From Zygnema circumcarinatum SAG 698-1b (Eukaryota > Plantae > Zygnematophyceae), in the NCBI GenBank assembly GCA_037447605.1, contig CM074807.1, positions 124,001 to 188,000 of the forward strand: a DNA stretch of 64,000 bases, given 5' to 3'. A model generated the notes under the pieces. The model ran no database searches, was not told where the DNA came from, and saw only the letters and a list, made by a program, of their open reading frames with translations. The position numbers and the translations under genes are program-made. Below, piece by piece: positions 61,377 through 64,000 of the stretch (within the stretch, counting starts at the first letter, position 1; every line of letters starts with the position of its first letter).

Positions 61377-63865
61377 TCATCTAATGCGCTCATTTTTCTT
61401 TTGGAGTATCGTTCTTCGGCACCGAAGACACCTTTTCTTGGACTCCACTTTCATTTCCTTTCGTCTTCGCCTTCTTAAATCTGTCCAAAGTGAGGCAGGG
61501 CCCCAATAGCCCTCAGGAGAGATAAGCCACCAATGCAGGTCTGCCTGCCTTTCTCATCTCACCCAAAACCTTGAGAAATCTGTATGCATCTCCACAAGCT
61601 CTGACCTGGAAAAGAAGTCAACTGGTGGAGCAGGAAGAACCCGTTTGGCTCCCTGTTTTGGACTCCTTCCCAACTTGCTGAATAAGGCCTCTGCTGCAGA
61701 AGCAGTTCCCTGCTTACCAATGGGGGGCCCACTTTTGCTCGCTGAGTTACCCCCATTCGTAGGGATAACTGGAGAAGTATCTGAAGGGGGGTGAGCTCTG
61801 TCCATTTCTGCAATTGGGGATTCCACAACTGCACTCAGAGGACCCCCATTGGCTTCGTGTTAAACGATTGCGATATGGGAAAGGTTTGTGCAAGTTGTAG
61901 TTTGAAGGAGTATGAAGATCCAATGTGTAAAGTACGAGCCCATTAACCCACGAACAACTTGCAAGCAATTCTGACTCAATTCTCTCTCAATTCTCAATTC
62001 TGACTGCCGCCATTAGCATACCTTTGGCATCTATCTGCGGGTCTTGCCTCGACGCTCCCTCTCTCCGGATAGTCTCCAACTCGACCTGCTCTCTCACTCG
62101 CCAGCCACCATCCACCAACCACGAATGAAGATTTTTGAGATTGCTGTGCTCGGGAAAACAGCGACTATGCGGATATTCCAAAATAAATATAAACTGTCAA
62201 TTGCAGATAGTGATGAAAAGCACCTCATGCGCGATCATTTGTTTGACCGCACTGTTAAGCTGTCGATTGTCGGAACTGTGCTCCTGGAAAATACACCGTC
62301 GCAAATGACAGCCAGATCAGAAGCTTACATTGATTCTCTGACATCATCATACCTCGTTGAACGATGATATCCCCTTCCTTTCCAAGTAGCATTCTATGCA
62401 GAAATATCCAGCCCTTACAAACCGATTCCAGATCCCCAACTTTCCAGCATGCATCCATGTAATGATGTTTAAAAAAAATTCCTGGCAATGATCCCAATCT
62501 ACCTCAAATCTTGTTAGGAGTCCGATCGGCGGTTCCAATTGCCAGGTGGCAGGCGTCCAATTGGGCTGTCCTCCCTGTTGGTTTGAGCCCTCCCATTGGC
62601 TGATCTGCTTGGGAACTTTGTATGTGAGCCCGAGGGCAATCATAGAATCCACCAAATCCGCAACCTCCTGCTTTTCTCTCGCCGTAAAAAGCTGAGCTGC
62701 TATCTGCATCCGTCGGAGCCGACCAGCGTTCAAGTACACCGATGAACGTTATGTGCAAAAACCCAAAAGAAAAAAACTACCAGTTTTGGATTCTGAGGTA
62801 TGCGTGGACCATTTCACTTCAAAGCATCACTGCGGCTTAGAGATGGTGAGCTGCATTTGGCTCTTCTTTCTTTCGGTTTTCAGGTAACTTTTGGGTGTTA
62901 GACCCAAAATGAAATGGTGTGGTGAGATGCTACCGACAGGGTGGAGAAACTAAGTGCAATCATGCCTTTGCCTGCTCAAATGACAGGTGTATGTGGTTTA
63001 AGCCATGCTCAAAACTGAGAGTTCTCTTTATTTCTTATTCTTATTTATTTCTTTATTTCTCTTTATTCCCGAGTTAATAGTGTGTTGCAGATGGTCTTAC
63101 TGGGCGCAACAACGGAGCCAAAATAGTGAGAAGTGGTGACACAATGTCTACCACAATGCTTTGCATGGAGAGATTTCTCGCAACAGATGGCGCCATTTTC
63201 TGTTGCCACGTCAGCACGAGCTCCTCACGAGAACCACGCTGTGTTCGATAACTGCCAAACAAAACCAAACGTTGCTTTCTACAAAGTGGAAGGGAACAAA
63301 GTGTTGCTTTCTACAAAGCAAAAGAGGAAACGAAAATAGTGAAGCATTGAACAAAGGAACCTTCGGGAAAGGGCACCATTCACGTTTGAATGCACATGAT
63401 TGATCATGAGATCAGTATGCCTCACAGATGTGCTAAATACACGATGGCATTGGATAGTGTGAAGGGCTTTGGGGCTTGCGTAGTTCAACATACTTTTGAT
63501 TCGCTTTTGGCCATTCAATGACTGGCCTCTCAGGGCCTGCCACCTGTCGCCTGATCGCCAACACTGGTATCGCTCTGTATGCTGTCAGGAAAGGGAAGAT
63601 AACAATGACTACGTCACACTCGATGACATCAAAAAAGGGAGTAAAAGAGAAAGCATAAGACCATTACCTTCAACCGTGACCATTAGCACTTTCACTCGCT
63701 TCATTCTCATATGCGAGCAGCAACAACTTTACAGCTGATTGATAACGGTATGCTAATTGTTCGAATCAAAACGTGGGAGCTCTCACCTGTGAGCCAAAAT
63801 TGCTGCTTTGCCATAGCCCGGTAGCCCCACAGCTCTGAATCGCTTATCCAGTTCAAACAGACAAC
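61377..63865 (-). CDS. CTF18: Chromosome transmission fidelity protein 18 (CTF18, RFC-like clamp loader), 3' portion; 5' part outside window
   Basis: Phase-consistent exons 63865-63787, 63581-63494, 63251-63101, 62703-62503, 62283-62224, 62085-62022, 61828-61606, 61480-(stop 61377). Peptides VIEWPK, IVVDIVSPLLTILAPLLRP, AQLFTAREKQEVADLVDSMIALGLTY, WQLEPPIGLLTRF and RQLNSAVKQMIAHEVELE match my recollection of the CTF18 C-terminal region. The last exon is uncertain. Confidence 0.82.
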
Positions 63866-64000
63866 CTGCCAGAAATCAATCAAGACCAACAGCCACTTAC
63901 CGATGCATACTTCAACTCAATGACTTTTCCAGGAATGCATGGAAGTAAAAACTGGAGAGCCCATTTCAGGACTGACGAACGCACTTACTGTTCAATTCTT

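Overview
Eukaryotic, intron-rich nuclear DNA from a streptophyte green plant or alga. The lineage is inferred from the gene set, canonical GT-AG introns and microsatellite-laden introns; it cannot be resolved further from sequence alone. I reconstructed spliced models by hand, checking splice phases, for these genes: a plastid K+/H+ antiporter KEA1/2-type gene (minus, runs off the left edge), an RVE8-clade clock MYB (minus), topoisomerase VI subunit B (plus), a conserved uncharacterised plant protein (plus), a weakly supported orphan gene (minus), a TVP38/TMEM64 membrane protein (plus), a DUF1475 membrane protein (plus), an RD21-type papain-like protease with granulin (plus), anthranilate phosphoribosyltransferase (minus) and the 3' part of CTF18 (minus, enters from the right edge). 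Non-coding highlights: three non-autonomous DNA transposons with intact TIRs and TSDs from three superfamilies (Tc1/mariner-pogo-like, hAT, Mutator), a 2.6 kb (AG)n tract, and a ~390 bp (GGGGAT)n array in a bidirectional promoter. There is also a 24-bp motif / ~120-bp repeat lying in the same orientation upstream of three unrelated genes, a 4-unit tandem array of nested hairpins, CCGTAC clusters, and an internal duplication of the KEA N-terminal coiled-coil module. No tRNA, rRNA or CRISPR array was found. Most long ORFs in the supplied track are microsatellite artefacts.
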